A DNA stretch of 59,314 bases, from NCBI GenBank assembly GCA_035936875.1, contig DASYVQ010000055.1, positions 1-59,314 on the forward strand, given 5' to 3'. Below, one piece after another: positions 38,839 through 49,488 of this stretch. Under the pieces are notes generated by a model that had not been told where the DNA came from, searched no databases, and was given only the letters and a program-made list of their open reading frames with translations. Position 1 is the first letter of the stretch. Every line of letters starts with the position of its first letter. The DNA comes from Chthoniobacterales bacterium. GTDB taxonomy: Bacteria; Verrucomicrobiota; Verrucomicrobiia; Chthoniobacterales; UBA10450. The position numbers were made by a program, and so were the translations under genes.

Positions 38839-38881
38839 GCCGCCCTTCACGCCCATCGGGCGTGGGGGGCGGTACTTTTTT
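38839..38881 (+). terminator. Intrinsic-terminator-like hairpin with T-run, upstream of the DUF4230 gene
   Basis: gccgcccttcacgccc-atcg-gggcgtggggggcggt followed by acTTTTTT. Confidence 0.55.
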
Positions 38882-38924
38882 AGGGACAAGCAGAAGCAAA
38901 CGCCCAACTCTGAACTTCCAACAA

Positions 38925-39626
38925 ATGCCAGTCCGGCTCGGACCAATCTCGAAATTACGAACACGCGGCCGAATTTCCTGGCCGATAGCGTTAACACTCG
39001 TCGCACTCATCGTCGCCGCGGTTGTTGTAATTATTTTCCTGCGGTTGGAAAGTTGGCCCGCGCGCACGCTGACCCAGGGGACCGCCGATCTCGAACGCCT
39101 GGGCCGGGATTTGCGTTCGGCATTTATCAAGATCGGGCACTTAGAGCCGCGAATTACAATCAACAATCGGACGTTCGCGGAACAAACAACGCCCGCGAGC
39201 GAGCTCGTTGTTTTGACCCGGCAATTAAAGGTGAAGCGCGAATTCCTGCACACGTGGGCGGGAAGTTCGAAGCGGATCAAGCTGAGCGGCACGTTCACGG
39301 TCAAAGCCGGTTTTGATTTGCGGGAGGATGTCGCCGTCGATGTCCGGCCGGAGGAAATCGTGGTGCGCGTTCCGCACGCGCAGATTCTCGGCGTTGAACA
39401 AACCCGCGTGGATGTGCTCGCGCTTGAGAACGGACTCTGGAATCGCATCTCCAGCGCCGATCTTCAAAACGAGCTCGCCGAGTTGCCGCAGTTGGCCCAC
39501 AGACAGGCAGCGGAAATTGATTTAACGGGCGAAGCCGAGCGTGAATTGCAAAACCAACTCACCAAACGAATCCACACTGGCCAACCGCTGCGATTGACCT
39601 TCGCGAGCCCGACTAAAACAGATTAG
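38925..39626 (+). CDS. DUF4230 family protein
   Basis: N-terminal TM WPIALTLVALIVAAVVVIIFL and FTVKAGFDL...VRVPHAQIL pattern. The ATG lies inside a copy of the ATGCCAGTCCGGCTCGGAC motif. Confidence 0.65.
   Translation: MPVRLGPISKLRTRGRISWPIALTLVALIVAAVVVIIFLRLESWPARTLTQGTADLERLGRDLRSAFIKIGHLEPRITINNRTFAEQTTPASELVVLTRQLKVKREFLHTWAGSSKRIKLSGTFTVKAGFDLREDVAVDVRPEEIVVRVPHAQILGVEQTRVDVLALENGLWNRISSADLQNELAELPQLAHRQAAEIDLTGEAERELQNQLTKRIHTGQPLRLTFASPTKTD
38927..38943. repeat. GCCAGTCCGGCTCGGAC motif copy
   Basis: gccagtccggctcggac, preceded by AT so that it forms an ATG. Confidence 0.85.
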
Positions 39627-39679
39627 TGACAGGTGACGAGCCGGAAGCGATGCTTGTCGTTCACTCTGGTTGAACGTCG

Positions 39680-41959
39680 ATGCCAAAGAATCGCCTGCTG
39701 CTCTTCTGTCTGTTGCTCCTTTTGGCAGGACTGAGCACAGTTTTCCTATCCCCGTTTCTCGTCTCCGGCGGTCTTCGCTTGTGGCTTCGATGGCAGGCGC
39801 ATCGTCAGGGACTAAGCGTTGAACTGGGAAAAATCGGCGCGCCGTTTCTGCGCCCGGTCACAATCGAGCGCATCCACATCACCAATCCGCGCGGATCAAA
39901 GTTAGATGCCGATCTGAGCATCGACCGCGCGATTGTCGATTTTAACCTCGCCAGAATTCTGACCGGCGCGGGCGGCCGAGCCGTTCGCTCCTTGTCGATC
40001 GAAGCGGTGCGCGCGGAGATGCACCGCACATTTCCGGGACAGGCAACGGCATCGCGAGTGGATTGGTCGACGTGGCAAAAGCTGCTTCCGCAAAATTTTA
40101 ACTTCCATCACCTCGATTTGCGGATCGAAAACGGCTCGACCATCATTCTGCTCCACAACGCTTCACTATCCGGTAGCGAAATTGAAGCGGGGCGTTTTAG
40201 CGCCGGCGAGCTGACGATTGGCTCGCCGTGGTTTCGCCAGACTTTTGCGGGATTGCGCGGCGCAACAAAGTGGCAGGACGACCGCCTCACCATTGGCGGA
40301 GTCACCTTGACTCGCGGTTTCGATCTTCAATCGATGACAACCGATTTCTCGCGGCTTGCTAAACGGCGGTCCGACGTCCAATTCGACCTCGACGCGTTCG
40401 GCGGCAAAATCCGAGCGAGTCTTTCAAACGAATGGCACCCTCAAAACTCCACCTGGAACATCGCCGGCGCGGCCACCGGCATTTCGCTCGCACAAACTTC
40501 CGAAGCGATCGGCTTCACCGATCGGCTTGGCGGTTCGGTGCGCGCTTGCAATTTCACTTTCCGGGGCGATCCGCGCGGTGCGACACAGGCGACTGCATCC
40601 ATTTGGGCTGAAATCATCGGCCTAAGCTGGCGAGATCGCTCTGCGGATGTGATCATGCTCGGCGCCGCTCTTTATAATCGGCAGATCCAGCTTCAGCAGC
40701 TTTACGTCAAACAGCACAAGAATCAGTTGACGATGAGCGGCGAAGGATCGCTTCCATCGAAATCGGCGGATTGGCTCAGCCCGGATTTCCGCGGCGACAT
40801 TTCGGGATCAATCACAGAGCTTGGCCAATTTGCGCGTCTTTTCGGGGCAGAACCGGGCGACTTTGCAGGGGCAATCGCAATCAACGGCACGATGAACACT
40901 CGCGACCGGAAAATTGGCGGTCACCTCACTGCCACCGGAAACTTGTTGTCCATCTTCAAGACGCAAATCGACAATCTGACGATCAAATTGAGCTTGAAAT
41001 CGAACGAGTTCGAGCTGGAGCAATTGGAAATAAATCGCAAGAAAGATTTCCTGCGCACCCACGGCAAGATCGAGCTGGGGCACGACCATAATTATTCCGG
41101 ATCGCTCAAGGCTGCCGTCAGCAATCTGTCGGAATATTTGTCGATCTTTCGCGGACCTGAGGGAACGCCGTCGAAGCCAATCGCGGCCGAAACTCAAATC
41201 ACCGTTGATTCAGGATCGTGGGACGCCCACGGGATCCTAAACATGGCGGATTCGCGCCCGCTCAATGTCGGCGCCAAGTTCGCACTCAAGTTCGAACAAG
41301 ATTGGAAAGCGTCTCCACTGGAGGTGACAGTCGATTTTCCGGCGATCTTCCTCGCCAACGCTCCCCAATTCTTTCATCCGCCGATTTTCAATAACGGCAT
41401 TTTGAGCGGAAAAATCGTTTTATCCGAAACATTGCAGCACCCGCACCTTGTCGGTGACGTCCAGTTACTAAGCGCCCAATTGCAAAATGCGCCGGTTGAT
41501 CTGACACAGGCAAGCGCCCGCCTCACGTTCAATGGGCCCCGGGCGACGGTCGATTTTTTCAACGCCGGAACCAAAGATGTCGATCTTTCATTCCGTGGTG
41601 AAATTGATTTTCGTGATTCGAACGATGTCCTGGCGAAGATCTTTCCGAGTACGCCGGTTTTCGATCTGATGAACGCTCCGATCCAGTGCGCGAGTCAGAT
41701 CAAATTGGAACCGGTGGGGATCACGCTCGCGCCAATGATTGACGAGCTGGATGTCCACGGCGGATTTTTCGGGCGCGATTGGACCATCGGTTTGGGAGAG
41801 GCTGGAGAAACTCGAACGCCGGCGGCCGCGGCAAGGACGACGCGAGAATTTCCGTTATGTTTCAGTGACGGCAGCGCGAACAAAATTTTAACTCTCGGCT
41901 TACATCCGCGGGCGAAGCCCGAAGCCTCTCGCCCAAAAAAGCGCGCGAAGCGCCGTTAA
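39680..41959 (+). CDS. AsmA/TamB-like membrane-anchored hypothetical protein
   Basis: 759 aa with an N-terminal anchor, a long beta-rich body, segments resembling TamB repeats, and a basic C-terminal tail. Confidence 0.45.
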   Translation: MPKNRLLLFCLLLLLAGLSTVFLSPFLVSGGLRLWLRWQAHRQGLSVELGKIGAPFLRPVTIERIHITNPRGSKLDADLSIDRAIVDFNLARILTGAGGRAVRSLSIEAVRAEMHRTFPGQATASRVDWSTWQKLLPQNFNFHHLDLRIENGSTIILLHNASLSGSEIEAGRFSAGELTIGSPWFRQTFAGLRGATKWQDDRLTIGGVTLTRGFDLQSMTTDFSRLAKRRSDVQFDLDAFGGKIRASLSNEWHPQNSTWNIAGAATGISLAQTSEAIGFTDRLGGSVRACNFTFRGDPRGATQATASIWAEIIGLSWRDRSADVIMLGAALYNRQIQLQQLYVKQHKNQLTMSGEGSLPSKSADWLSPDFRGDISGSITELGQFARLFGAEPGDFAGAIAINGTMNTRDRKIGGHLTATGNLLSIFKTQIDNLTIKLSLKSNEFELEQLEINRKKDFLRTHGKIELGHDHNYSGSLKAAVSNLSEYLSIFRGPEGTPSKPIAAETQITVDSGSWDAHGILNMADSRPLNVGAKFALKFEQDWKASPLEVTVDFPAIFLANAPQFFHPPIFNNGILSGKIVLSETLQHPHLVGDVQLLSAQLQNAPVDLTQASARLTFNGPRATVDFFNAGTKDVDLSFRGEIDFRDSNDVLAKIFPSTPVFDLMNAPIQCASQIKLEPVGITLAPMIDELDVHGGFFGRDWTIGLGEAGETRTPAAAARTTREFPLCFSDGSANKILTLGLHPRAKPEASRPKKRAKRR

Positions 41960-44900
41960 CCGGATGTTTGCCCGATGCCGGCGAGGCGTCGTTCCGATTT
42001 CGTTGTCACCAGCCAGCGCGTCAATTTCTCTTCCAGATCGCGGGTGAGATCGATCCGCAAATCTGCTCCCGCATCCACACGCAATGGATCGCCGGCGGGC
42101 CGATCAAAAAGAAGCTGAACGCGACGCGCGCCGGGCGAACCGGCCAGGATCTCGCGCACTTCGCGCAGCTCCTCGCTTGTCGTCGCCGGTGAAAATTGCA
42201 AGAGGACGGCCGGCTCCTCGAACGTAGTTGTCGATCTTTCTTGCCGAGCCGTAGCCTCGCGAAGGCTGTCATTGGCGTTTTGGGCGCCGTTTGTCTTTTC
42301 CGTCGTCAGCATTCTCATTTTCTGAGCCGTGGCACGAAGCGAATCACCGCGCGTATCGATCGTTCCCTGAATCTCGACCACGCGACCAGTCGCGAGCGCG
42401 TCGGAAACTTTCACGTAAACGTCATTCCAAATGACGACTTCGAGCGTCCCGGTCAGATCTTCAATCCAGACAACCGCGAACGGTTTCCCTTCTCTGCGGG
42501 TGAACTTCTTGTCGATCTGCACGATCGCGCCGCCGGCTTTGAATTGTGCGCGGTCGTCCAGCTCGCCTAACGAAGCGATTGCCGGATAATTTTTCGCCGC
42601 GAAGAGATCGACATAAGCATCGAGGGGATGCCCGCTGACGTAAAAACCGAGCAATTCTTTTTCGTAGCTGAGCTTTTCGTGTTCGCTCCACGGCGTGACC
42701 GATCTTTTTCTGGTCGAAGTTGCCGCGTGGGTGGCGTCATCGAAAAGTGAAACCTGACCCGCGGTGCGGTCGCGGTGCGCGGCCGCGGATGAGGCGAGCG
42801 CTTCATCGATGCAATCAAAAAGCTCAGCGCGATCTCGGCCAAGAAAATCGAACGCGCCAGCCTTGATTAAACTTTCGAGCATCTTTCGATTGGCCACGCG
42901 TGTCCCGATTCGCCCGCAAAAATCCTCCAGCGAAGTGAATTCCCCTCCCCGCTCGCGTTCCTGGATCGACATCTCCATCGCGCTTTCGCCCACATGTTTG
43001 ATCGCAGCCAAGCCATATCGGATCGCATTCAATGTGGGAGCGGATTTGGAGCCGGCCTGCCCCCAGGCCGTCTGGGTTCCCGCGGTCTGAGGGCAGACCG
43101 TCTCCAGAACTTCAGGTGTGAATTTCAACGCGCTTCGATTCACGTCCGGCGGCAAAATCGAAATGCCCATGCGTTTGCATTCGCCGACGAAGACGGAAAT
43201 TTTTTCGGTATTCGCGATTTCATTGCTGAGCAGCCCGGCCATGAACTCAACCGCGTAATGCGCCTTTAAATACGCCGTATGGTAACTGATCAAGCCGTAC
43301 GCGGCGCTGTGGCTTTTGTTAAATCCGTAGCCGGCAAATTTCTCGAGCAAATCGAAGATCGCGTTCGCCTTTTTCTCCGGGATTTTGTTGGTGCGCTCGC
43401 AGCCTTCGATGAAATTCTTGCGCTCCTTCGCCATCGTTTTCTTGTCCTTTTTGCCCATAGCGCGGCGAAGAAGATCGGCTTGCGCAAGCGAATAACCGGC
43501 AAGTTTGCTGGCCGCCGCCATCACCTGCTCCTGGTAAATCATGACGCCGTAAGTATCGGCGCAGATTTCTTCGAGCAGCGGGTGCAAATATTTGATCGGC
43601 GCGATTCCCTTTTTCGCCTTTACGAATTCGGGAATGAGTTCCATCGGTCCAGGCCGATAGAGCGCGATCAGCGCGATGATGTCGTCCAGTTTCTTAACGT
43701 CGAATTGCTTCGATAAACTCGTCATGCCGCCGGATTCCATTTGGAAGAGGCCGGTGGTTTCGCCGCGGTTGTAGAGGTTGAACACCTCGGCGTCATCGAG
43801 CGGAATGTTCTTTAACGAAAATTCCGGCTCGCGTTTGTGAATGAGGGCGAGCGTGTCCTCAATCACGGTGAGCGTTTTCAGCCCGAGGAAATCTATTTTC
43901 AGCAGACCGAGATCGTTCAACGGTCCCATCGCATACTGGCTGATGACGTCATTGCCTTTTACGTCGCGGCAAAGCGGGATGTAATCAGACAGGTCGCGAT
44001 CGGCGATGACGACACCGGCGGCGTGCACGCCCGCGTTGCGCGACAAGCCTTCCAGCGTTTTCGCGTATTCGTACAACTGCCGGGTCGGCTGCTCTGTCGC
44101 AATCGCTCTTTTTAGTTCCGGATTTTTTTCCGCCGCTGAATCGAGCGTGATGTTGAGCTCGTTCGGAATCATTCTCGCGATGCGATCAGCCGCCGCGTAA
44201 GGCAAACCCATCACGCGGCCGACATCGCGCACCACGCTTTTGGCTTTCAGTTTTCCAAAGGTGATAATCTGGGCGACGCGGCGTTCGCCGTACTTTTGGC
44301 GCACATACTCCAGCACTTCGCCGCGGCGGGCCTCGCAAAAATCGACATCGATGTCGGGCGGCGACACGCGGTCCGGATTTAAAAAGCGCTCGAAAATCAA
44401 TCCGTACTGAAGCGGATCGATGTCAGTGATGCCAAGGACGTACGCGACCATGGAACCGGCGGCCGAGCCGCGTCCCGGCCCGACCGGAATTCCGCGTTGC
44501 TTGGCAAAGTGGATGAAATCCCAAACGATCAGGATGTAACTGACGAAACCCGTTTTCTCGAGCACCTCGAGCTCGTAATCGAGACGCTGACGAAGTTGAC
44601 TGTCGATCTTGGCGCGGTCGCCGTAGCGTTCTTCCAAACCTTTGTAACAAAGGCCGCGCAAATAATCTTCCCGCGTTTGTCCTTCCGGCACCGAATACTC
44701 CGGGTATTTCGATTTCCCGAACTCGATCGCGAGATTGCAACGCTCACCGATCGCAAGGGTGTTCGCGACCGCCTCGGGGAAATCCTTGAACAGCTCGCGC
44801 ATTTCTTCCGGCGATTTGAAATACAACTCGGGTTTGTAGTGCATCCGGTTCTCGTCCTGCACCATTTTGCCGGTGCCGATGCACAGCATCACGTCGTGCG

Positions 44901-45558
44901 CGTCGTGATCGCTCCGGCGCAAAAAATGAACGTCGTTCGCTGCGACCAGGCCGAGACCGAACTCCTTCGCGAGCTGCGGCAGGACCCGGTTGCATTTGTG
45001 CTGCTCTTCCATGCCGTGGTCGTGCAATTCCAGGAAGAAATTCTCCGCGCCGAAAATGTCGCGATACTCGGCCGCGGCCTGTTTCGCCTTGTCGATGTTA
45101 TCCGCCTGAATGGCAGAATTAATTTCGCCGGCCAGACATCCGCTCAAGCCCATCAGACCCTCGGAATGCTGGGCGAGAAGCTCCTTGTCGATCCGCGGCG
45201 CGTAATGAAAGCCGTCGAGATGCGCCGTCGTGATCAATTTCACGAGATTGCGATAACCGGTCTCGTTCTGTGCCAGCAGCGTGAAATGATATGCCGCCTC
45301 GCGCCGTGAACCCGCCGCACGATCTTTATGGGAACGCGGCGCCACGTAGGCCTCGCAGCCGATGATCGGCTTGATCCCTGCCTTGGTCGCTTCCTGATAA
45401 AACTCGATCGCCCCGAAAAGATTTCCGTGATCGGTTATAGCGATCGCCGGCATCTGGAATTCCGCTGCCTTTTTCATCAGCTCTTTCGTTCGCACGGCGC
45501 CATCGAGCAGCGAATACTCGGTGTGGAGGTGGAGGTGAACGAAGGAGTCGCGGGGCAT
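41956..45558 (-). CDS. dnaE: DNA polymerase III subunit alpha
   Basis: PHP domain [16 protein letters not shown], polymerase core, and OB fold. Start moved to Met15 of the track ORF. Confidence 0.97.
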   Translation of the reverse strand: MPRDSFVHLHLHTEYSLLDGAVRTKELMKKAAEFQMPAIAITDHGNLFGAIEFYQEATKAGIKPIIGCEAYVAPRSHKDRAAGSRREAAYHFTLLAQNETGYRNLVKLITTAHLDGFHYAPRIDKELLAQHSEGLMGLSGCLAGEINSAIQADNIDKAKQAAAEYRDIFGAENFFLELHDHGMEEQHKCNRVLPQLAKEFGLGLVAANDVHFLRRSDHDAHDVMLCIGTGKMVQDENRMHYKPELYFKSPEEMRELFKDFPEAVANTLAIGERCNLAIEFGKSKYPEYSVPEGQTREDYLRGLCYKGLEERYGDRAKIDSQLRQRLDYELEVLEKTGFVSYILIVWDFIHFAKQRGIPVGPGRGSAAGSMVAYVLGITDIDPLQYGLIFERFLNPDRVSPPDIDVDFCEARRGEVLEYVRQKYGERRVAQIITFGKLKAKSVVRDVGRVMGLPYAAADRIARMIPNELNITLDSAAEKNPELKRAIATEQPTRQLYEYAKTLEGLSRNAGVHAAGVVIADRDLSDYIPLCRDVKGNDVISQYAMGPLNDLGLLKIDFLGLKTLTVIEDTLALIHKREPEFSLKNIPLDDAEVFNLYNRGETTGLFQMESGGMTSLSKQFDVKKLDDIIALIALYRPGPMELIPEFVKAKKGIAPIKYLHPLLEEICADTYGVMIYQEQVMAAASKLAGYSLAQADLLRRAMGKKDKKTMAKERKNFIEGCERTNKIPEKKANAIFDLLEKFAGYGFNKSHSAAYGLISYHTAYLKAHYAVEFMAGLLSNEIANTEKISVFVGECKRMGISILPPDVNRSALKFTPEVLETVCPQTAGTQTAWGQAGSKSAPTLNAIRYGLAAIKHVGESAMEMSIQERERGGEFTSLEDFCGRIGTRVANRKMLESLIKAGAFDFLGRDRAELFDCIDEALASSAAAHRDRTAGQVSLFDDATHAATSTRKRSVTPWSEHEKLSYEKELLGFYVSGHPLDAYVDLFAAKNYPAIASLGELDDRAQFKAGGAIVQIDKKFTRREGKPFAVVWIEDLTGTLEVVIWNDVYVKVSDALATGRVVEIQGTIDTRGDSLRATAQKMRMLTTEKTNGAQNANDSLREATARQERSTTTFEEPAVLLQFSPATTSEELREVREILAGSPGARRVQLLFDRPAGDPLRVDAGADLRIDLTRDLEEKLTRWLVTTKSERRLAGIGQTSG
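43048..43105. repeat. Double-hairpin (REPIN-like) element inside the dnaE reading frame
   Basis: Minus strand reads GGAGACGGTCTGCCCTCAGACCGCGGGAACCCAGACGGCCTGGGGGCAGGCCGGCTCC. Two hairpins (GGTCTG-CCCT-CAGACC and GGCCTG-GGGG-CAGGCC) sit within the outer GGAG/CTCC stem. Confidence 0.7.
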
Positions 45559-45605
45559 CGTTGCAGTATAAGCGTCAAAAAAAATTCGCAAATTTACCAA
45601 GCATT

Positions 45606-45741
45606 GTCACATCCCGAACGGAAATGCCAGTCCGGCTCGGACTGAGGGATCTCGCAAAAACACGTTGAGCACACTTCGCCTCACGTAAATCGTCACTGCG
45701 ATTGTGAGATCCTTCTCCCGCGACTGCGGGATCAGGATGAC
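45606..45741. repeat. Compound inverted-repeat element (GTCATCC...GAAGGATCTCAC family) with nested hairpins
   Basis: Left arm is gtcacatcccgaacgga[aatgccagtccggctcggact]gagggatctcgc. Right arm is gtgagatccttc[tcccgcgactgcggga]tcaggatgac. Confidence 0.7.
45626..45642. repeat. GCCAGTCCGGCTCGGAC motif copy nested in the compound element
   Basis: gccagtccggctcggac. Confidence 0.85.
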
Positions 45742-45851
45742 AACGCGCGAGAAGAAATTCGTGATTGCATCGCGCGCGTTTGATTGTTAAGGAAGCGCGT
45801 GCGCGGGTCAGCAGTTTTGAATTGCAAAGCGATGCGCGCCCGCCACGTTAG

Positions 45852-46196
<345 letters not shown>

Positions 46197-46337
46197 GGAA
46201 CGCCGCGACTCTTCGCCTTCACCCACAAACGAACCGTCGCCGACAAAATCAGTCGCGCGACAAATTTATCAGGCTAATGATTTAGCAATCGAATTTCTTT
46301 TCAACGTCTCAACACCTCAACTCCTCAACCTCTTAAT

Positions 46338-47759
46338 ATGCCTAAAGAAAAAACTCCATCCGACGTTAGCAAAATGATCAAGGACAACGACGTGAAATTG
46401 ATCGACTTCAAGTTCACCGATTTGCCCGGCACCTGGCAGCATTTCACGACTACGCTCACCGAATACAACGAAGACGTTTTTACCGACGGCCTCGGCTTTG
46501 ACGGCTCGAGCATCCGCGGTTGGAAAGTCATCAACGCATCGGACATGCTCGTTATCCCCGATCCCACCACGGCGTGGATCGACATCTTCAATGCCGAGCG
46601 GACGCTCAGTCTCATTTGCACGATCGTCGACCCGATCACGCGCGAGCCGTACGATCGCGACCCGCGCGGCGTCGCGGAGAAAGCGGAAGCTTATTTGAAA
46701 TCGACCGGTATCGCCGACACGGCGTTCTTCGGACCGGAAGCGGAGTTTTTCATTTTCGACGATGTCCGATTTAATTACTCCAGCAATTCATCCTTTCATC
46801 TGGTCGATAGCATCGAAGGACATTGGAACAGCGCGCGCGAAGAGTTCCCAAATCTCGGTTACAAGATTCGACCGAAGGAAGGTTATTTCCCGGTCCCGCC
46901 GATGGATTCGTTGCAAGATATCCGTAACGAGATGTCGCTCGAGCTCGAGAAAGCGGGCGTCCCGATCGACAAACAGCATCATGAAGTTGCCACCGCCGGC
47001 CAGGCCGAGATCGATGTGCGTTTCGCGCCGCTCAAACACATGGGCGACTCGATGCAATATTACAAATACATCATTCGCAACGTCGCCAAGCGGCACAACA
47101 AGACCGTGACGTTCATGCCCAAACCGCTCTTCGCCGATAACGGCTCGGGCATGCACACGCACATCTCGCTTTGGAAAGACGGGAAACCGCTTTTCGCCGG
47201 CAACGGGTACGCCGGTTTGAGCGACATGGCCCTCTTTTTCATCGGCGGAATTTTGAAACACGCGCCCGCGCTTACCTGTATCACCAATCCGACGACAAAC
47301 AGCTACAAGCGGCTGGTGCCCGGATTTGAAGCGCCGGTCAATCTCGCTTACTCGGCGCGCAATCGTTCCGCCGCCATTCGCATTCCAACCTATTCGCCGA
47401 GTCCGAAAGCGAAACGCATCGAGTTTCGCACACCGGATCCGGCGGCGAATCCGTATCTTGCGTTCTCCGCGCTATTGCTCGCTGGCCTCGATGGAATCCA
47501 AAACCGGATCGATCCCGGCGATCCGCTCGACAAAAATTTGTACGACCTGCCGCCGGAAGAACTCGCGCAAATCGCCAGCGTGCCCGATTCACTCCGCGGC
47601 GCGATCGAAGCGCTCCAGGCCGATCATTCCTTTCTGTTGCGCGGCGACGTCTTCAACGCCGACTTCATCGCCAACTGGATCGACATGAAACAAAAAGAAT
47701 ACGACGCGCTGCGCTTGAGACCTCACCCCTATGAGTTCTCGATGTACTACGATGTCTAG
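46338..47759 (+). CDS. glnA: Type I glutamine synthetase
   Basis: 473 aa with [28 protein letters not shown], and the adenylylation-site-like NLYDLPPEE. Confidence 0.97.
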   Translation: MPKEKTPSDVSKMIKDNDVKLIDFKFTDLPGTWQHFTTTLTEYNEDVFTDGLGFDGSSIRGWKVINASDMLVIPDPTTAWIDIFNAERTLSLICTIVDPITREPYDRDPRGVAEKAEAYLKSTGIADTAFFGPEAEFFIFDDVRFNYSSNSSFHLVDSIEGHWNSAREEFPNLGYKIRPKEGYFPVPPMDSLQDIRNEMSLELEKAGVPIDKQHHEVATAGQAEIDVRFAPLKHMGDSMQYYKYIIRNVAKRHNKTVTFMPKPLFADNGSGMHTHISLWKDGKPLFAGNGYAGLSDMALFFIGGILKHAPALTCITNPTTNSYKRLVPGFEAPVNLAYSARNRSAAIRIPTYSPSPKAKRIEFRTPDPAANPYLAFSALLLAGLDGIQNRIDPGDPLDKNLYDLPPEELAQIASVPDSLRGAIEALQADHSFLLRGDVFNADFIANWIDMKQKEYDALRLRPHPYEFSMYYDV

Positions 47760-47879
47760 TTGCAAATAGTCCAGCCATACTTCAACGAAGAACAGCCGCT
47801 ATTCACATATGAAGATAAGGTGGCGATTGTTGACACAGCCATCGCATTGAACAGTCGTTAACAACCCCCTTACGCGACT

Positions 47880-48335
47880 GTGCGCAAACTGAGCCCTTGG
47901 ACACTTCTTCGTCGGCGCCTTCAGCCCATCGCTGATGAACTGGATCGCGCAACGCCTTGGCGGATCGAGCCCCCAGAAACTGTAGAGACATGGCTTCTAG
48001 GATTAACATGGAATGAGCTACAGCTCGCGTACATCACAGCTGAAGCACTCTGCGAAGACCCGCCACGACTAGAGGGTTGTTTCGGGCCGTTAGTCACGGC
48101 GGTCGAAGGGATTGAAGAGGAAGAATTTCAGGAACGGATGGTCCAGCAAGTGATGCATCGTTTGATATTCGCACTCGATTTGGCGCGTCGGATGCCGAAG
48201 GGCTATCGCGACAGCCACGACCTAACGGGGATTTATCGGCATGACGCGACGGAGGTGTTGGTTCGAGCTTGGCGAACAAGTTCTGCTCGGTACTGGGCGA
48301 AGCATTTTGGACCACTTTACTGTGTGGCTGCGTAA
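47880..48335 (+). CDS. Hypothetical protein
   Basis: 151-aa ORF with a GTG start and no recognisable motif. Confidence 0.4.
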   Translation: MRKLSPWTLLRRRLQPIADELDRATPWRIEPPETVETWLLGLTWNELQLAYITAEALCEDPPRLEGCFGPLVTAVEGIEEEEFQERMVQQVMHRLIFALDLARRMPKGYRDSHDLTGIYRHDATEVLVRAWRTSSARYWAKHFGPLYCVAA

Positions 48336-48350
48336 GTTAGCCCTTAACAA

Positions 48351-48740
48351 ATGAACCGAAGCAACTTTCTTCAGACGAATTTGTTCGGCGCGATCGCCGC
48401 ATTGCTTTTGCCGTTTTCATTCTCAAGCTGTGACACACTCGATTTCGGCTACGTAAATAAACTCTCACATCCCATAACAATCGTGGAACACAGTTGGGAT
48501 CCGCCACGGCGTATGACGCTGCAACCCGGCCAAGTTGCTCCTCCGGGATTTGGGCACGTACCAGAAACGATCGACGTGTTGCGCGCAAATGGACAACTCT
48601 TAGCTCGCTACCGCACTCGTGACATTGCGCGCACCGGGCCGCGCAGTGGAATTTCATACGTCGTCATCGGCCCGAAAGGCGCGATAATCGAACGAAAAGA
48701 GCATTTTGAGGACGCCGAATCAGGCACAATCAGTCGCTGA
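48351..48740 (+). CDS. Putative lipoprotein
   Basis: 129 aa with a signal peptide and lipobox-like FSSC. Confidence 0.5.
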   Translation: MNRSNFLQTNLFGAIAALLLPFSFSSCDTLDFGYVNKLSHPITIVEHSWDPPRRMTLQPGQVAPPGFGHVPETIDVLRANGQLLARYRTRDIARTGPRSGISYVVIGPKGAIIERKEHFEDAESGTISR

Positions 48741-48747
48741 CGAATGA

Positions 48748-49311
48748 ATGGCTGATCAATTAACAGGGCTGTTGTCCCCATTTCTTAGGTCTCGCCGAAT
48801 TGCCGCGGTCAGGCCTTTCCTCGGTCAACGAAGTCTCCTCGATATTGGATGCGGGATAGGCGCGTTAGCTCGCTACGTTGAGCCAACGCGATATCTCGGC
48901 GTGGATCAGGACGAAGAGTCGATCGCGATCGCGAGAAATCTATTTCCCGCGCATCGTTTTTTGACGCTCGCTGAATTTACTCAATCACAGAACGAAAAGC
49001 AGTTTGAGCGAATCATCGGCCTCGCCGTGATCGAGCATGTCGAGGATCCGCAAAAATGGCTGGCCTGGTTACGAAGGCTTTTAAAATCTGGTGGTCAGGT
49101 AGTCCTGACGACCCCTCACCCTTCGATCCGTTGGCTGCACGAATTCGGCGCGCGCATCGGCTTGTTCAGTCGCGAGGGTGCAAGGGAACATCGGGAACTG
49201 ATAAACCGACGCCGAATGACCCAGCTGGCGCAGGCGAGCGGATTCCGTATTCGGCACTGCCGGATATTTCTCGTCGGATGTAATCAACTGTTCGTCTTGG
49301 AGCCGATCTAG
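48748..49311 (+). CDS. Class I SAM-dependent methyltransferase
   Basis: LLDIGCGIGALARYV motif I and AVIEHVEDP. Confidence 0.8.
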   Translation: MADQLTGLLSPFLRSRRIAAVRPFLGQRSLLDIGCGIGALARYVEPTRYLGVDQDEESIAIARNLFPAHRFLTLAEFTQSQNEKQFERIIGLAVIEHVEDPQKWLAWLRRLLKSGGQVVLTTPHPSIRWLHEFGARIGLFSREGAREHRELINRRRMTQLAQASGFRIRHCRIFLVGCNQLFVLEPI

Positions 49312-49315
49312 CTCT

Positions 49316-49422
49316 GTCATCCCGAGCGGAGCGAAGGACCTCACAGTCAATTCGCGGATTACACAGGTTACCAAGCGTGATCAGCCAGCTTCCGTGAGAT
49401 CCTTCACTTCGTTCAGGATGAC
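49316..49422. repeat. Inverted-repeat element (GTCATCC...GAAGGATCTCAC family)
   Basis: gtcatcccgagcggagcgaaggacctcac ... gtgagatccttcacttcgttcaggatgac. The arms are 29 nt and their 5 mismatches are all transitions. Confidence 0.8.
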
Positions 49423-49488
49423 CACCGCGTTCCCATTCTTGTTTTGAAACTGCACTTTTCACGCAAGGCAGTTTAAGTTTAAAGGCGA

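Noticed and set aside
38636-39448. Upstream 271 codons of the 457-aa minus-strand ORF 38075..39448
   Set aside because: Only the last 186 codons match YqgE/AlgH. The extension is Arg/Ser-rich, crosses the promoter/terminator region, and is antisense to the DUF4230 gene.
41956-45558. Possible intein in dnaE, given the extra length
   Set aside because: The extra segment is only about 25 aa and lacks intein blocks. It is better explained as a palindromic repeat insertion (see findings).
47760-48740. Possible low-GC acquired islet with two orphan genes after glnA
   Set aside because: A hand count inside the 47880..48335 ORF gives about 58% GC, like the rest of the window. Only the short intergenic spacer is AT-rich.
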